Origin: Candidatus Latescibacterota bacterium | Lineage (GTDB): Bacteria; Latescibacterota; UBA2968; UBA8231 | Length of the DNA: 64,000 nucleotides | NCBI GenBank assembly: GCA_965217585.1 | Contig: OZ244561.1 | Span: 5,792,001-5,856,000 of the forward strand | Direction of reading: 5' to 3' | Part shown: positions 47,753 through 57,648 of the stretch, piece by piece | Numbering within the stretch: position 1 is the stretch's first letter | Layout: each line of letters begins with the position of its first letter | Made by a program: the position numbers and the translations under genes | Notes under the pieces: model-generated | What the model was told of the DNA's origin: nothing | Databases searched by the model: none | What the model saw: the letters and a program-made list of their open reading frames with translations, nothing else

Positions 47753-48883
47753 CTACACGCAGATATGATCAATGAAGCGGGCGTAGAGATCGACGCTGGC
47801 GCGCAGTTGGTCGGTTTTGATCCATTCGTTGGCGGTGTGGGCTTGGGCAATGTCGCCTGGGCCGAGGACGATCATTTGTTTCATCTTCTCGACAAAAGCC
47901 ATGCCGTCGGTGCCGTAGGCCACCGTGGTGGGTTTGCGGCGGCCCGTTAGCTTGAGCGCCGTGCGGACCAGCGGGGCGTCCACCGCGGTATAGAGTGGCT
48001 CGCCGCGATGCTTGAGCGCGAAGTCGAGGCCGTGCTTTTCCGCGCTTTTGCGGCTTTTGTCGATCAAATCATCGACGTCGATGCCGGGCATGGGGCGGTA
48101 GTTGAGGGTGCAGATGCTCTGGGCGGGGGAGATGTTGGTGGCGCGGTTGTGATCGTTGATGCCGATGCACCACTCGGAATGCGGCGGTGCGAATTCCTCG
48201 TTGCGGTAGCGGCGCGCGCTGAGCACCCGCTCGTTGAATCGCTTCATCTCCGCGAGAAAGGGAATCATCTTGAGGTTCGCGTTGATGCCCTTCAAGGTGC
48301 TGGTGTGCGCGGGGCGTCCCTTGGCGGTGACTTGGATGGCGAGCGAGCCTTTGTGGGCGTGGACGACGCGGAGGCTGGTGGGTTCGCAGATGATGCCGCA
48401 GCCGGTGCTGGCCTCGGCAAAGAGCTTGGAATGGGCCGTGACCTTTTGCGCGCCGACGCCGTGAACCTCTTCGTCGGCTGTGACGACGATGTAGAGCGGG
48501 GCAGTGAGATCGGCGGCCTTGAAGCGGGCGGCCGCGCAAATCGAAGCGGCAAGAGGGCCTTTCATGTCGCAGGAACCGCGGCCGTAGAGCTTGCCGTTGG
48601 CCTCGTAGGGGTCGTAGGGATCGCGGTGCCAGCCGTCGGCGGGATTGGCGGGTACGACGTCGTCGTGGCTCATCAGGGCCAGCCCGCCCTCTCCGGTGCC
48701 CAGCTTGCCGACGATGGAGAGCTTGGCCACGCCCGCCTCATCTGTGTAGGGTACCTCTTCTATTTGGAAACCAAGCTGGTCTAAGACTCCAGCTATGTGT
48801 TGGGTGACTTCGACGTTGCTGGTTTGGCTTTCCGAGGGATAGGCGACTATTGCCTTGGTCAGTTTGACGACATCGAGTTTCAT
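47753..48883 (-). CDS. argE: M20 family metallopeptidase, acetylornithine deacetylase-like
   Basis: SHDDVVP, GKLYGRGSCDMKG, ADEE, CEPT, AHKG, GPGDIAQAHTANE. Confidence 0.85.
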   Translation of the reverse strand: MKLDVVKLTKAIVAYPSESQTSNVEVTQHIAGVLDQLGFQIEEVPYTDEAGVAKLSIVGKLGTGEGGLALMSHDDVVPANPADGWHRDPYDPYEANGKLYGRGSCDMKGPLAASICAAARFKAADLTAPLYIVVTADEEVHGVGAQKVTAHSKLFAEASTGCGIICEPTSLRVVHAHKGSLAIQVTAKGRPAHTSTLKGINANLKMIPFLAEMKRFNERVLSARRYRNEEFAPPHSEWCIGINDHNRATNISPAQSICTLNYRPMPGIDVDDLIDKSRKSAEKHGLDFALKHRGEPLYTAVDAPLVRTALKLTGRRKPTTVAYGTDGMAFVEKMKQMIVLGPGDIAQAHTANEWIKTDQLRASVDLYARFIDHICV

Positions 48884-48918
48884 CGCAGATTCGCTTTCGC
48901 CGAAGGGGTAGGTGGCAC

Positions 48919-48947
48919 AAGGTACAACTTTGGCAGAAGGCTATCAA
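48919..48947 (-). promoter_or_regulatory. Candidate sigma70 promoter for argE
   Basis: TTGATA-17 bp-TACCTT. Confidence 0.4.
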
Positions 48948-48994
48948 GGGCGTTGACAGCCCAGCCAAAAGGCGGTATGAATAGGCGGGCGAGA

Positions 48995-49035
48995 AGCAAC
49001 AAAGCGGCCCGCCTCCAAAGAGCGGAAGCGGGCCG
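48995..49035 (-). terminator. Probable intrinsic terminator after the DUF5069-like gene
   Basis: CGGCCCGC.TCC / GGA.GCGGGCCG stem followed by a T-rich tract on the minus strand. Confidence 0.6.
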
Positions 49036-49058
49036 GCAGACGAGTGGGACAGGTCCTT

Positions 49059-49493
49059 TTAGCTCAGGGCGTCGTGCAGTTCAGTCCAGTCGTCGAGGTT
49101 GTTGAGGTTGACGGCGTCGAGGATGCTGCCGTCGTCGCTGAGGCCAGCGGCGTCGAGGACGCTGCCGCGGGTCTCGTCGTCGTGGTTGTAGCCGCGGATG
49201 GCGGCGTTGGAAGCGTCGATCTCGCTCTGCGGAATGGAGCCGCCGCGCTGGGCCTTGACCCAGTTTTCAAATTCGGTATAGCTGGCCTTGTTGTCCTTGA
49301 CATAGTCCACGGCTGCGTCGCGGTCGATGCCGAGGCCGTCGAGAACCATCTGATCGAAGCCCGCGCCGCATTCATCGTAGCCTTCGGACAATTCGCCGGC
49401 CGCGCTCAGACGCAGCTTAGACCACAGGCGGGGCAGGTGAATCGCGCCGAGCGGCCCGGCGATATCCGAACTGACGTTAGGTATAATGGCCAT
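49059..49493 (-). CDS. DUF5069-like protein
   Basis: GPLGAIHLPRLWSK, GFDQMVLDGLGID, FENWV; AGGAGG RBS; strongly biased codons. Confidence 0.7.
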   Translation of the reverse strand: MAIIPNVSSDIAGPLGAIHLPRLWSKLRLSAAGELSEGYDECGAGFDQMVLDGLGIDRDAAVDYVKDNKASYTEFENWVKAQRGGSIPQSEIDASNAAIRGYNHDDETRGSVLDAAGLSDDGSILDAVNLNNLDDWTELHDALS

Positions 49494-49535
49494 GAGGTTC
49501 CTCCTATAGAGAATGGGTTGGGTAAACGGCCTACA

Positions 49536-49564
49536 ACAGTACGGTCGCTCCGGCCGGTTGTCAA
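49536..49564 (-). promoter_or_regulatory. Candidate sigma70 promoter
   Basis: TTGACA-17 bp-TACTGT. Confidence 0.5.
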
Positions 49565-49574
49565 ACGGATAGCA

Positions 49575-50678
49575 ATGGACAAAATACGCTTTGGTGTCAT
49601 TGGGGCTGCTGGCCGCGGAAGCGGCTTTATCCCCACCCTACTGGCCCATCCAGCCACGGAAGTTGCCGCGCTGTGCGACATCCGCCGGGAAGAGGTCGAG
49701 CGCCACGCGGCTGAATTGGGCATTGAACAGGTCTTTACAGACGCCGGCGAAATGCTCGATGACGGGGGGGTGGACGCGGTCGTCGTGGGTACGCCCATGC
49801 CGTGGCACGCGCCTCAGGCCATCGCGGCCTTGGAGCGCGACATCCACGTGCTCAGCGAGGTGACGGCCGGGGTGTCGGTCGAGGAGTGCCGCGATTTGAC
49901 GCGAGCAGCGCGGCGCAGCCGAGCCGTCTATATGATGGCCGAGAACTACGTGTACACCAAGTCCAATACACTGGTGAACGCACTGGTCGAGCGCGGCTTT
50001 TTCGGCGAGCTGTACTACGCCGAAGGGGCCTATATCCACGAACTGAAACAGCTCAACGAGACCACACCTTGGCGGCGGCGCTGGCAGACGGGCGTCAATG
50101 GCTGCACCTATGCCACGCACAGCTTGGGGCCGGTGCTGACGTGGTTTGCCAGACAGCGGGTGGTGGCCGTCTGCGCCGTGGGCACCGGGCACCACTACCT
50201 AGATCCGCGCGGCGCTTTGTACGAAATGGAGGACTCGGTGACCATGATGTGCCGCCTCTCGGGCGGTGGGCTGGCGCATATCCGGGTCGATATGCTCTCG
50301 GACCGGCCGCACCACATGGTGCACTACGCGTTGCAGGGGACCGATGGCGCGTACGAGTCGGCCGACGGGTTTGCGGCCGCGGCCAAAATCTGGCTGCGCA
50401 GCCGCAGCGCGCAGCCGCGCTGGGAGCCTTTGGAGGCCCTAGAGGAACTTTTGCCTGATTATTGGCAGCACCCGCCCGCAGAAGCCCTCGCCGCTGGACA
50501 CGGCGGCGGCGACTATTGGGAAGTACAGGACTTTGTCGCGGCCATCCGCGAGGAAAAGGCGCCGGCCATTGGCATCGACTTGGCGATGGACATGACCTTG
50601 CCCGGCCTCGTCAGCCAACAGTCGCTCGCCCAAGGGTCGGCCTGGGTGGCCGTGCCCGATTCACGCAACTGGACTTAA
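49575..50678 (+). CDS. Gfo/Idh/MocA family oxidoreductase
   Basis: IRFGVIGAAGRG, GTPMPWH, VLSEV, YMMAENY, YATHSLGP, GHGGGDY. Confidence 0.9.
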   Translation: MDKIRFGVIGAAGRGSGFIPTLLAHPATEVAALCDIRREEVERHAAELGIEQVFTDAGEMLDDGGVDAVVVGTPMPWHAPQAIAALERDIHVLSEVTAGVSVEECRDLTRAARRSRAVYMMAENYVYTKSNTLVNALVERGFFGELYYAEGAYIHELKQLNETTPWRRRWQTGVNGCTYATHSLGPVLTWFARQRVVAVCAVGTGHHYLDPRGALYEMEDSVTMMCRLSGGGLAHIRVDMLSDRPHHMVHYALQGTDGAYESADGFAAAAKIWLRSRSAQPRWEPLEALEELLPDYWQHPPAEALAAGHGGGDYWEVQDFVAAIREEKAPAIGIDLAMDMTLPGLVSQQSLAQGSAWVAVPDSRNWT

Positions 50679-50690
50679 AGGAGCGAGACC

Positions 50691-52274
50691 ATGCACAAGC
50701 CTAAAATCATGTTTTACCACGACGGCCGGCACCCGCTGATTTACATGTACGAGCCGCCGATGCAGAAGGAGGAGTACGAGCAGGGGGTGGACGAGCTGTT
50801 GGGCACGCCGGTCGAAGCCATCATGTTTTGCCTCGGCGATGGCCGCACCGTGCTGCACGACACGGAAGTAGGGGAGCTGTGGGGCCACAATGTGAAGCGG
50901 TGGCCGCATTTGATCTTTCGCCGTGCCCACCAAAATGCCCGCGATCTAATCCGCAAGGGGCACGACCCTCTGCGCCTGATTTGCGACCGCGCCCACCAGT
51001 ACGGCAAGCAGGTCTATCCGACGCTGTTGGTGCAGCAGGGCCGGGGGCTGCGGGAAGAGGACGTGCGCTGCTCGGACTTCCGCTTTGACAACGCCCATCT
51101 CGAAATCGGCGCCCAAGACGATGTACCCGCCGACTTTCCCGGTCACACCTGCCTCGACTTCAAGCACCAAGAAGTCCGCGACGAGCGCTTTGCCCTGATC
51201 GCCGAGACCCTAGAAAAGTATCCGGTCGATGGCTTTGAGCTGCAGATGAACTACCAGCCTTACTACTTCCATCCAGACGAGGTCGCCGCTGGCCGCGAGA
51301 TTATGACTGAGTGGGTGCGTCAGGTGCATCGCGCCGTCAAGCAGAGCGGGAAGCAACGCGAATTGGCCATCCGCATTCCCTACAGTATCGAGGGGTGCTA
51401 TGCCGTCGGCATGGATGTCGAAGCATGGTTGCGCGAAGGGCTAGTCGATGCGCTAATCGGCCAAGCGTTTTCCGGCCCTGAACTGCTGGATTCGACCGTT
51501 GATTTCCGGCCCTTGGTTGCGGCGGCCGAAGGCACGGATTGTCGGGTGCATGCGGCCTTGCAAAGCCACGTGGACTCGGATCGTCTGGGGGAGGCGACCA
51601 TTGAGATGGTGCGCGGGGCCGCATGCAACTACTGGGCGCAAGGCGTCGATGGCCTGTACTTGGCGCACTGGTTTGGGAACTGGCCGTACCAGGCCTCCTT
51701 CTACGAGAAGCTGCGAGAATTGCCCTATCCAGAGGTCATGGCCGCCCGCGACAAAATCTACTACATACCAACCGTGACCGGGCGCTACCCCAATCCCACC
51801 ACCGAGCCGGGGACGACCATGCAGCTACCGGCCTATTTGCAAAAGGGCCACAAGGCTTCCATCACCCTGGCGGTCAGCGACGATCTGCGGCGCTGGGCCA
51901 AGGTCGGCCGGATCCACGAAGTGTTGCTGCGGGTGCGGGTGATGGGTCACACCGAGCGCGACCGGCTGAAATTCTACCTCAATGGCCGGGAATTGCCCGC
52001 CAGCCTGTTGCGCAAGATCAACGAATTGTACCGGATGTCAGCCCCGCGCTATCGCACGGGATCGGGGTATTGGTATGCGTTTAAGCTGGACGCTAAACAC
52101 TGGCCGAAAAAAGGGAACAACACGCTCGCAGTCGAATTGGTGCGGCGGGACGCTCAGGCGTTGCCGGAGATTTTTGTGCGCGATGTGGAGTTAGATATCA
52201 AATACCTGATGGGGCGCAATTTTCATCGCGGTCAAGACTTGGATCTGGGGCCAAGCGAACCGTCGGGGCTGTGA
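50691..52274 (+). CDS. TIM-barrel glycoside-hydrolase-like protein (GHL10-like)
   Basis: FYHDG, GHDPL, LDFKHQEVRDERF, YPVDGFEL, DVEAWLREGLVD. Confidence 0.7.
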   Translation: MHKPKIMFYHDGRHPLIYMYEPPMQKEEYEQGVDELLGTPVEAIMFCLGDGRTVLHDTEVGELWGHNVKRWPHLIFRRAHQNARDLIRKGHDPLRLICDRAHQYGKQVYPTLLVQQGRGLREEDVRCSDFRFDNAHLEIGAQDDVPADFPGHTCLDFKHQEVRDERFALIAETLEKYPVDGFELQMNYQPYYFHPDEVAAGREIMTEWVRQVHRAVKQSGKQRELAIRIPYSIEGCYAVGMDVEAWLREGLVDALIGQAFSGPELLDSTVDFRPLVAAAEGTDCRVHAALQSHVDSDRLGEATIEMVRGAACNYWAQGVDGLYLAHWFGNWPYQASFYEKLRELPYPEVMAARDKIYYIPTVTGRYPNPTTEPGTTMQLPAYLQKGHKASITLAVSDDLRRWAKVGRIHEVLLRVRVMGHTERDRLKFYLNGRELPASLLRKINELYRMSAPRYRTGSGYWYAFKLDAKHWPKKGNNTLAVELVRRDAQALPEIFVRDVELDIKYLMGRNFHRGQDLDLGPSEPSGL

Positions 52275-52290
52275 GCCGACGGACGAAAGG

Positions 52291-54720
52291 ATGCGATTGA
52301 ACAGGTACTACAGGGCTATGCTGGCGGCGTGCGTCGCCTGCTGGTGCAGCGCGGGGCCGACGGAGGCCGGCTACATCCCGGATGTGCCCTATTTTCATCA
52401 GCAGAGCAACCGCATCAATCCTTCTGGCTCCTGCCAAAACACCTGCATCGCTATGGTCCTCAAATACTACGGAGCCGATGACATCACCCCCGACATGATC
52501 TCCGCCAAATGGGGCACGTACGTCGCCCAGACCACCGGCGGCCTCGAATCGATCTTCAACGAGGAAGCCGCGCTGCGCGGTCTCACTGTCCGCGACCAAT
52601 CGACCGAAACCGGGCTGTTGCGGGAATTGCACGCGCTGTTGGACGTTGGCCGGCCAGTAATCGTCCACGGCGGCTTTTCCTCGGTCGGGCATCTAATGGT
52701 GCTAGTCGGGTATGACGAGCGCTTTTACTACGCGATGGATCCGGCGAGCCAGTGGACCGAGCGGCTCAACGGGGGATTTATCCACACCGACGATCCGCAC
52801 ATTGGTCGCTACACGCGCTATGGCCGCGACGCGGTAGAAAACGCCATCGTCTCCCGGGGCTTCATACGCCTGCACCAGATTTATTTTGCTCCGGAGGCGC
52901 TGGCTGCCGAGTGGGAAGGGAGCTTCTCCGATTCGGTCGCTGTGGGTGCGGCGGTGGAGTTTGCTGGCGGCATTCGCATCCGCGATGTGCCAGCCGATGG
53001 CCTGCGCGTATCTGCCGACCTGAGCGCGTTGGGTGGGCCGTCGGCCCAAGTGCTGACCGAAGCCTCACTGGGGTTTTATCCTTTCGTGGAGACTTTAGTC
53101 GCCGGTGGGAGTGCAGGGCGCAAGAGCGTCGTCTTTCACATTCGCCAGGGCGAAGCCGCCGTCGAGGTCAAGCGGACCGTGGTGCTGATGCCAGCCGAGA
53201 ACCAAGTCGTCTTCGACGGAGGGTTAGGCGCTGGTTGGAACGTAGGTTTTACCACTGGTGCGGAGCTTGCAGTGGCAGCGGGGGCACCGCTGGCTGTGGA
53301 GACTCGCGGCTTCACGTTGGAATTGCTTCCCTCTGCGCCCGTGGAACCGGTCGGCTATCGCGCCCTGCGCTTTTCCTTCCACCCCGGCGATGCGACGGCT
53401 GGGTCGAGAGGGGCGTTCTCAGTGCAACTCAACGAGAATCCGCGCAAGATCGAACCGCTAATCGACGGGTTTTTCCGCGGCATTGACATGGCACGGGCCG
53501 AGTGGCAGACGGTGGAAGTGCCGCTGTGGGCCTTCGCGCCGCTGGAAGAGTCGATCGAGTCCATTCGCTTCTTCGGCAATCTGCGCGGCACCTTCTATCT
53601 CGACGAGATAGAACTGGTCAGCGCCCTGTTTCCGCCTCCGCGCCTAGTGGCCGATTGGCAGAGTGCGTTGCCGGACTCCGCGCTAGCCGGGGCCGAGTTG
53701 ATCCTGCGCGAGCGCTTGCGCGTTACCAGCCCCGTGCCCGACGGTCCCGAGCCTAGGGTCTTCGCCGATCTGAGTGCGCTGGGAGGAACTTCGGAGGTCG
53801 AGTTAGAACGGATCGGCAAGGAGTTATACCAACTAACGGGGACGCTGTATGCCGATGTACCCAATGGTCTGAAGCCGGTGCGGATCCACCTGTATCAGGA
53901 GACTCCAGATGGGCCGCTGGAGACGACGTTGGTGAAGGAGTTAGTGCTGCTGCCAGTAGCGGATCAAGTCATTTTTGCCGACCAGTACGGCGAGAACTGG
54001 ACTCAGGGGTTTACCTCCAATGTCGAGGTAGATGAACAGGTCTTTGCCGGCACTTGGGCACAGGCGCTTGTCGCCGAAGCGTTTACCCTCGAGTACAAGC
54101 CACTGGTGCCGGTGGATCCGGTAGGGTACCGCGCCCTGCGGCTGGCCTTCCACCCCGGCGATGCCGAAGGTGGCACCCGGCCTGTTTTCAACGTCATGGT
54201 CAATAGGGATACGCCGTCGCTGGTCGCGTTGTTCGCAGGGGATGGCTTGGATCTCGCGCGGAAAGAATGGCAGGTAGTAGAGATTCCGCTGAAGCGCTTC
54301 TCTCGGCTCGATGGGCCGATTGAATCCATCCGCCTGTTCGGCAACTTGCGCGGCACGTTCTACTTAGACGATGTGCGCTTGGTCGCCGCTAGGGCTTCCG
54401 CGCCCACGGCGGTGCTGCAACAGCGGCAAGCGGTAGTACCAGAGGCGTTCTCCCTAGCGCAGAACTACCCCAATCCATTTAACAGTACCACTGCGATTGG
54501 CTTTGCTCTGCCGCGAGCAGGGGCAATCCGGCTCGCAGTCTTTAACTTGCTCGGCCAGCAGGTTGCCGTCTTGGCTGAGGGAACCTATCCGGCCGGCTCA
54601 TACACCCTGCGCTGGGATGGAATAAACGACGGCGGGCGCGCACTGGCTGCGGGCCTATATTTCTATCGGCTGCAAACCCCTTGGGGTGTGCAAACGCGCA
54701 AACTGCTTTTATTAAAGTAA
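52291..54720 (+). CDS. Secreted C39-like cysteine peptidase with duplicated beta-sandwich modules and T9SS-type/FlgD-like C-terminal domain
   Basis: Signal peptide, [23 protein letters not shown], 2x [34 protein letters not shown]. Confidence 0.82.
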   Translation: MRLNRYYRAMLAACVACWCSAGPTEAGYIPDVPYFHQQSNRINPSGSCQNTCIAMVLKYYGADDITPDMISAKWGTYVAQTTGGLESIFNEEAALRGLTVRDQSTETGLLRELHALLDVGRPVIVHGGFSSVGHLMVLVGYDERFYYAMDPASQWTERLNGGFIHTDDPHIGRYTRYGRDAVENAIVSRGFIRLHQIYFAPEALAAEWEGSFSDSVAVGAAVEFAGGIRIRDVPADGLRVSADLSALGGPSAQVLTEASLGFYPFVETLVAGGSAGRKSVVFHIRQGEAAVEVKRTVVLMPAENQVVFDGGLGAGWNVGFTTGAELAVAAGAPLAVETRGFTLELLPSAPVEPVGYRALRFSFHPGDATAGSRGAFSVQLNENPRKIEPLIDGFFRGIDMARAEWQTVEVPLWAFAPLEESIESIRFFGNLRGTFYLDEIELVSALFPPPRLVADWQSALPDSALAGAELILRERLRVTSPVPDGPEPRVFADLSALGGTSEVELERIGKELYQLTGTLYADVPNGLKPVRIHLYQETPDGPLETTLVKELVLLPVADQVIFADQYGENWTQGFTSNVEVDEQVFAGTWAQALVAEAFTLEYKPLVPVDPVGYRALRLAFHPGDAEGGTRPVFNVMVNRDTPSLVALFAGDGLDLARKEWQVVEIPLKRFSRLDGPIESIRLFGNLRGTFYLDDVRLVAARASAPTAVLQQRQAVVPEAFSLAQNYPNPFNSTTAIGFALPRAGAIRLAVFNLLGQQVAVLAEGTYPAGSYTLRWDGINDGGRALAAGLYFYRLQTPWGVQTRKLLLLK

Positions 54721-54755
54721 AGCTGCCATCCCACCATAAAACCGAAAGGAACCAC

Positions 54756-56474
54756 ATGCCCAAAGGCATTCGCAACTTCGCCATCTTTGCCATCGCCCTG
54801 CTCGCGTCTTGGATCATAGGCGTCAATGTGTCGCCGACGTGGACGGTCGAAAAGGTCGAGTTAGACGTGAAAACGGACAGCGACGGCAAGCTATACTACG
54901 TCTACCGCGAAAAGCCGGCCTACTTCGAGGCCGTGCCTATGGCACAAGCCCAACTCGACCCGGCTAAGATTCACGGGTCGCGGACGGCACCTCCGGTCAG
55001 CGAAGAATTTGTCGCGGTGGCGGAGAGCGGCCGCTACTACAAACTGGTGGCCAAGCGCCACTGGAGCTATTGGTCGCTGTTGCCGGCGGTGGTGGCTGTG
55101 ATGTTGTGTTGGCTGACCAAGGAACCGGTGACCTCGTTGTTGGGCGGCATCCTCGCCGGCGCTCTCCTGATGGGCCGCTACGACTTCACTGGCGAGGTGC
55201 TGATCCCCTCATTGGCAACCAAAAGCTCAGCCGGAATCCTGCTGCTCTACTTGTGGCTGTTGGGCGGGTTGATGGGGGTATGGTCGCGCACGGGCGCGGC
55301 CCAGGCCTTTGCCGAGTTTATGACCGTGCGCTTTGTGCGCGGCCCCCGAAGTGCCAAGCTGGTCGCCTGGCTGCTCGGGGTCGTCTTCTTCCAGGGCGGC
55401 ACCGTCAGCACGGTGCTGGTCGGCACCACGGTCAAACCCATTGCCGACAGCGAAAAAATTAGCCACGAAGAGCTGGCGTACGTGGTGGATTCAACGGCCT
55501 CGCCGATTGCCTCCCAGCTCGCGTTCAATGCTTGGCCCGGCTATGTGCAGGCGTTCATTTTCGTCTCCGGCGTCAGCTTTTTAGCCACGGAAACCGATCG
55601 CATTGCCTTCTTTTTTAAAAGCGTGCCCTTTTGCTTTTACGCCATTTTTGCCGTCTTGGGCACGCTCCTCCTCAGCATTGAAAAACCGCTCTTTTTGGGT
55701 GCGCAAATGAAGGCGGCGATCCAGCGCGCGCGCACGACCGGCCAGCTCGACGCCCCAGGTGCCGATCCCTTGAGTGCCAAGGAGCTGCAAGGGAGCAACG
55801 TGCCCGAAGGCTACACTCCGCACGTCCTCGAATTCTTCTTGCCGCTGGGCACGCTTATCGCCATTGCCGTCGGCACCTTTATCGTCGGTGGAGCGCCCAA
55901 TGTGCAGTGGGCCTTTGGCATTGCGCTCCTGTTGGCCGCGGGCATGGCCTTGGCCAAGGGCATGGCGCTCAAAGACCTCATCGCTGGCGTTCACGATGGC
56001 TTTAAGGGGGTGGTGCTCGGCTCGGTGATTTTGCTGCTGGCGATCACCATCGGCGGCATTAGCAAGGAGACGGGCGGCAGCATCTTTTTGGTCGAACAGC
56101 TCGGCGAGGCCATTCCGTATTTCCTCCTGCCGGTGTTGCTCCAGCTTCTCACCATGGTCATCGCCTTTTCCACTGGCACGAGTTGGGGCACGTATGCGGT
56201 GGCCTTCCCGCTGGCCATGCCGCTTGCTTGGGCGGTGGCTGGTGCTAACGGCCTAGCGCATCCAGAGCTTTTTATGACGTTGTGTTTTGCCGCGGTCATG
56301 GATGGTAGCGTGTACGGCGACCAGTGCTCGCCGATTTCGGATACTACCGTGCTTAGTTCCATGTGTACGGGTTGCGACCTGATGGATCACGTCAAGACGC
56401 AAATCCCGCAGGCGTCGATCGCGGCGGGCTTGGCGGCTTTGTGCTGGACCCTCGTGGCGTTCTTCACCGCCTAA
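54756..56474 (+). CDS. Na+/H+ antiporter NhaC family transporter
   Basis: [43 protein letters not shown]. Confidence 0.88.
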   Translation: MPKGIRNFAIFAIALLASWIIGVNVSPTWTVEKVELDVKTDSDGKLYYVYREKPAYFEAVPMAQAQLDPAKIHGSRTAPPVSEEFVAVAESGRYYKLVAKRHWSYWSLLPAVVAVMLCWLTKEPVTSLLGGILAGALLMGRYDFTGEVLIPSLATKSSAGILLLYLWLLGGLMGVWSRTGAAQAFAEFMTVRFVRGPRSAKLVAWLLGVVFFQGGTVSTVLVGTTVKPIADSEKISHEELAYVVDSTASPIASQLAFNAWPGYVQAFIFVSGVSFLATETDRIAFFFKSVPFCFYAIFAVLGTLLLSIEKPLFLGAQMKAAIQRARTTGQLDAPGADPLSAKELQGSNVPEGYTPHVLEFFLPLGTLIAIAVGTFIVGGAPNVQWAFGIALLLAAGMALAKGMALKDLIAGVHDGFKGVVLGSVILLLAITIGGISKETGGSIFLVEQLGEAIPYFLLPVLLQLLTMVIAFSTGTSWGTYAVAFPLAMPLAWAVAGANGLAHPELFMTLCFAAVMDGSVYGDQCSPISDTTVLSSMCTGCDLMDHVKTQIPQASIAAGLAALCWTLVAFFTA

Positions 56475-56490
56475 GAAAAGGGATTACTAC

Positions 56491-57468
56491 ATGATTCCAG
56501 GCGTCTCTGCTCGTCGAAGGTTTGCCGATCTTTCCGAACGGGAAATCCTCGCCCTCGCCATTTCGTCTGAGGAAGACGATGGTCGCATCTATCTGACCTA
56601 CGCGGAAAGTCTGCGCACGGACTATCCGCGGTCGGCCGAGATGTTCGAGACCATGGCCGCGGAAGAAGACGAGCATCGCCGTCGCTTGATCGAAGAGTAC
56701 CGCCGTCGCTTTGGCGATTTCATTCCGCTGATTCGCCGGGAGCACGTCGCCGGCTGGTACAACCGACGGCCGGTGTGGTTGGTGGAAAGCCTCGGTCTGG
56801 ACCGGATTCGTCAGGAGGCGTCCAAAATGGAGGGCGATGCACAGCGCTTCTATTTAAGGGCAGCCCAGCAAACCTCTGACGCGGGAACGCGCCAGCTACT
56901 GGGCGATCTGGCCGCAGTGGAGGCCGGCCATCAGAAAACCGCCAATCAGCTGGAAGAAGATCTACTATCCAACGATGTGCGGTCGGAGGAGGATGCGACG
57001 GCACATCGCCAGTTCATCCTCACCTGGATACAGCCGGGTCTCGCCGGCTTGATGGACGGCTCCGTGTCCACCTTGGCCCCGATCTTTGCCACGGCCTTTG
57101 CCACTCAGGACACTTGGACGACCTTTGTCGTCGGTCTTGCTGCAGCGGTGGGTGCCGGCATTTCAATGGGCTTCACGGAAGCGGCTTCCGACGACGGCGA
57201 GTTGTCCGGCCGTGGTTCTCCGTTCAAGCGCGGCTTGGCATCCGGGTTTATGACCGCGGTCGGCGGCTTGGGCCACGCTTTGCCCTACCTCATCCCGCAC
57301 TTTGGTACGGCGACTGCGCTCGCCATTGCGATTGTGTTCGTCGAACTGTGGGCTATCGCTTGGATTCAAAACCGCTTCATGGAAACCCCGTTCTGGCGGG
57401 CGTCGATGCAGGTGGTGCTCGGTGGGGCCTTGGTGTTTGCCGCGGGGGTGCTCATCGGCGGCCTCTAG
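56491..57468 (+). CDS. mbfA: Iron exporter MbfA (rubrerythrin-like + VIT1/CCC1)
   Basis: LALAISSEEDDGRIY, EEDEHR, QPGLAGLMDGSVSTLAP, GAGISMGFTEA. Confidence 0.92.
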   Translation: MIPGVSARRRFADLSEREILALAISSEEDDGRIYLTYAESLRTDYPRSAEMFETMAAEEDEHRRRLIEEYRRRFGDFIPLIRREHVAGWYNRRPVWLVESLGLDRIRQEASKMEGDAQRFYLRAAQQTSDAGTRQLLGDLAAVEAGHQKTANQLEEDLLSNDVRSEEDATAHRQFILTWIQPGLAGLMDGSVSTLAPIFATAFATQDTWTTFVVGLAAAVGAGISMGFTEAASDDGELSGRGSPFKRGLASGFMTAVGGLGHALPYLIPHFGTATALAIAIVFVELWAIAWIQNRFMETPFWRASMQVVLGGALVFAAGVLIGGL

Positions 57469-57648
57469 GTTTGTGTCGCCATTGTAGTGCGGGCTGCGAC
57501 GAGTTGATCGATGATGGCAAAACATTTAGCGATGTAGTCCAACCCGCTCGAAAGGCCGACGGCATCTTTTGGTCTCTGACAAAACTCCGTACTATTTTAA
57601 GAAATACGTATCAATTTAGTATTCTTCTCTAGTTTGGGAGCCTGCGCT

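Noticed and set aside
47722-47850. N-terminal extension of the antitoxin ORF, and ORFs 46909..47097 and 46914..47105
   Set aside because: Off-frame readings of the argE 3' end and its copy
13901-48883. Gene-end repeats as prophage/ICE attL-attR or integron attC sites
   Set aside because: No integrase, phage or conjugation genes; repeats are unrelated to each other and not palindromic
49044-49574. N-terminal 177 aa of the 544-aa ORF
   Set aside because: Antisense to the DUF5069-like gene; the Rossmann fold starts at 49575
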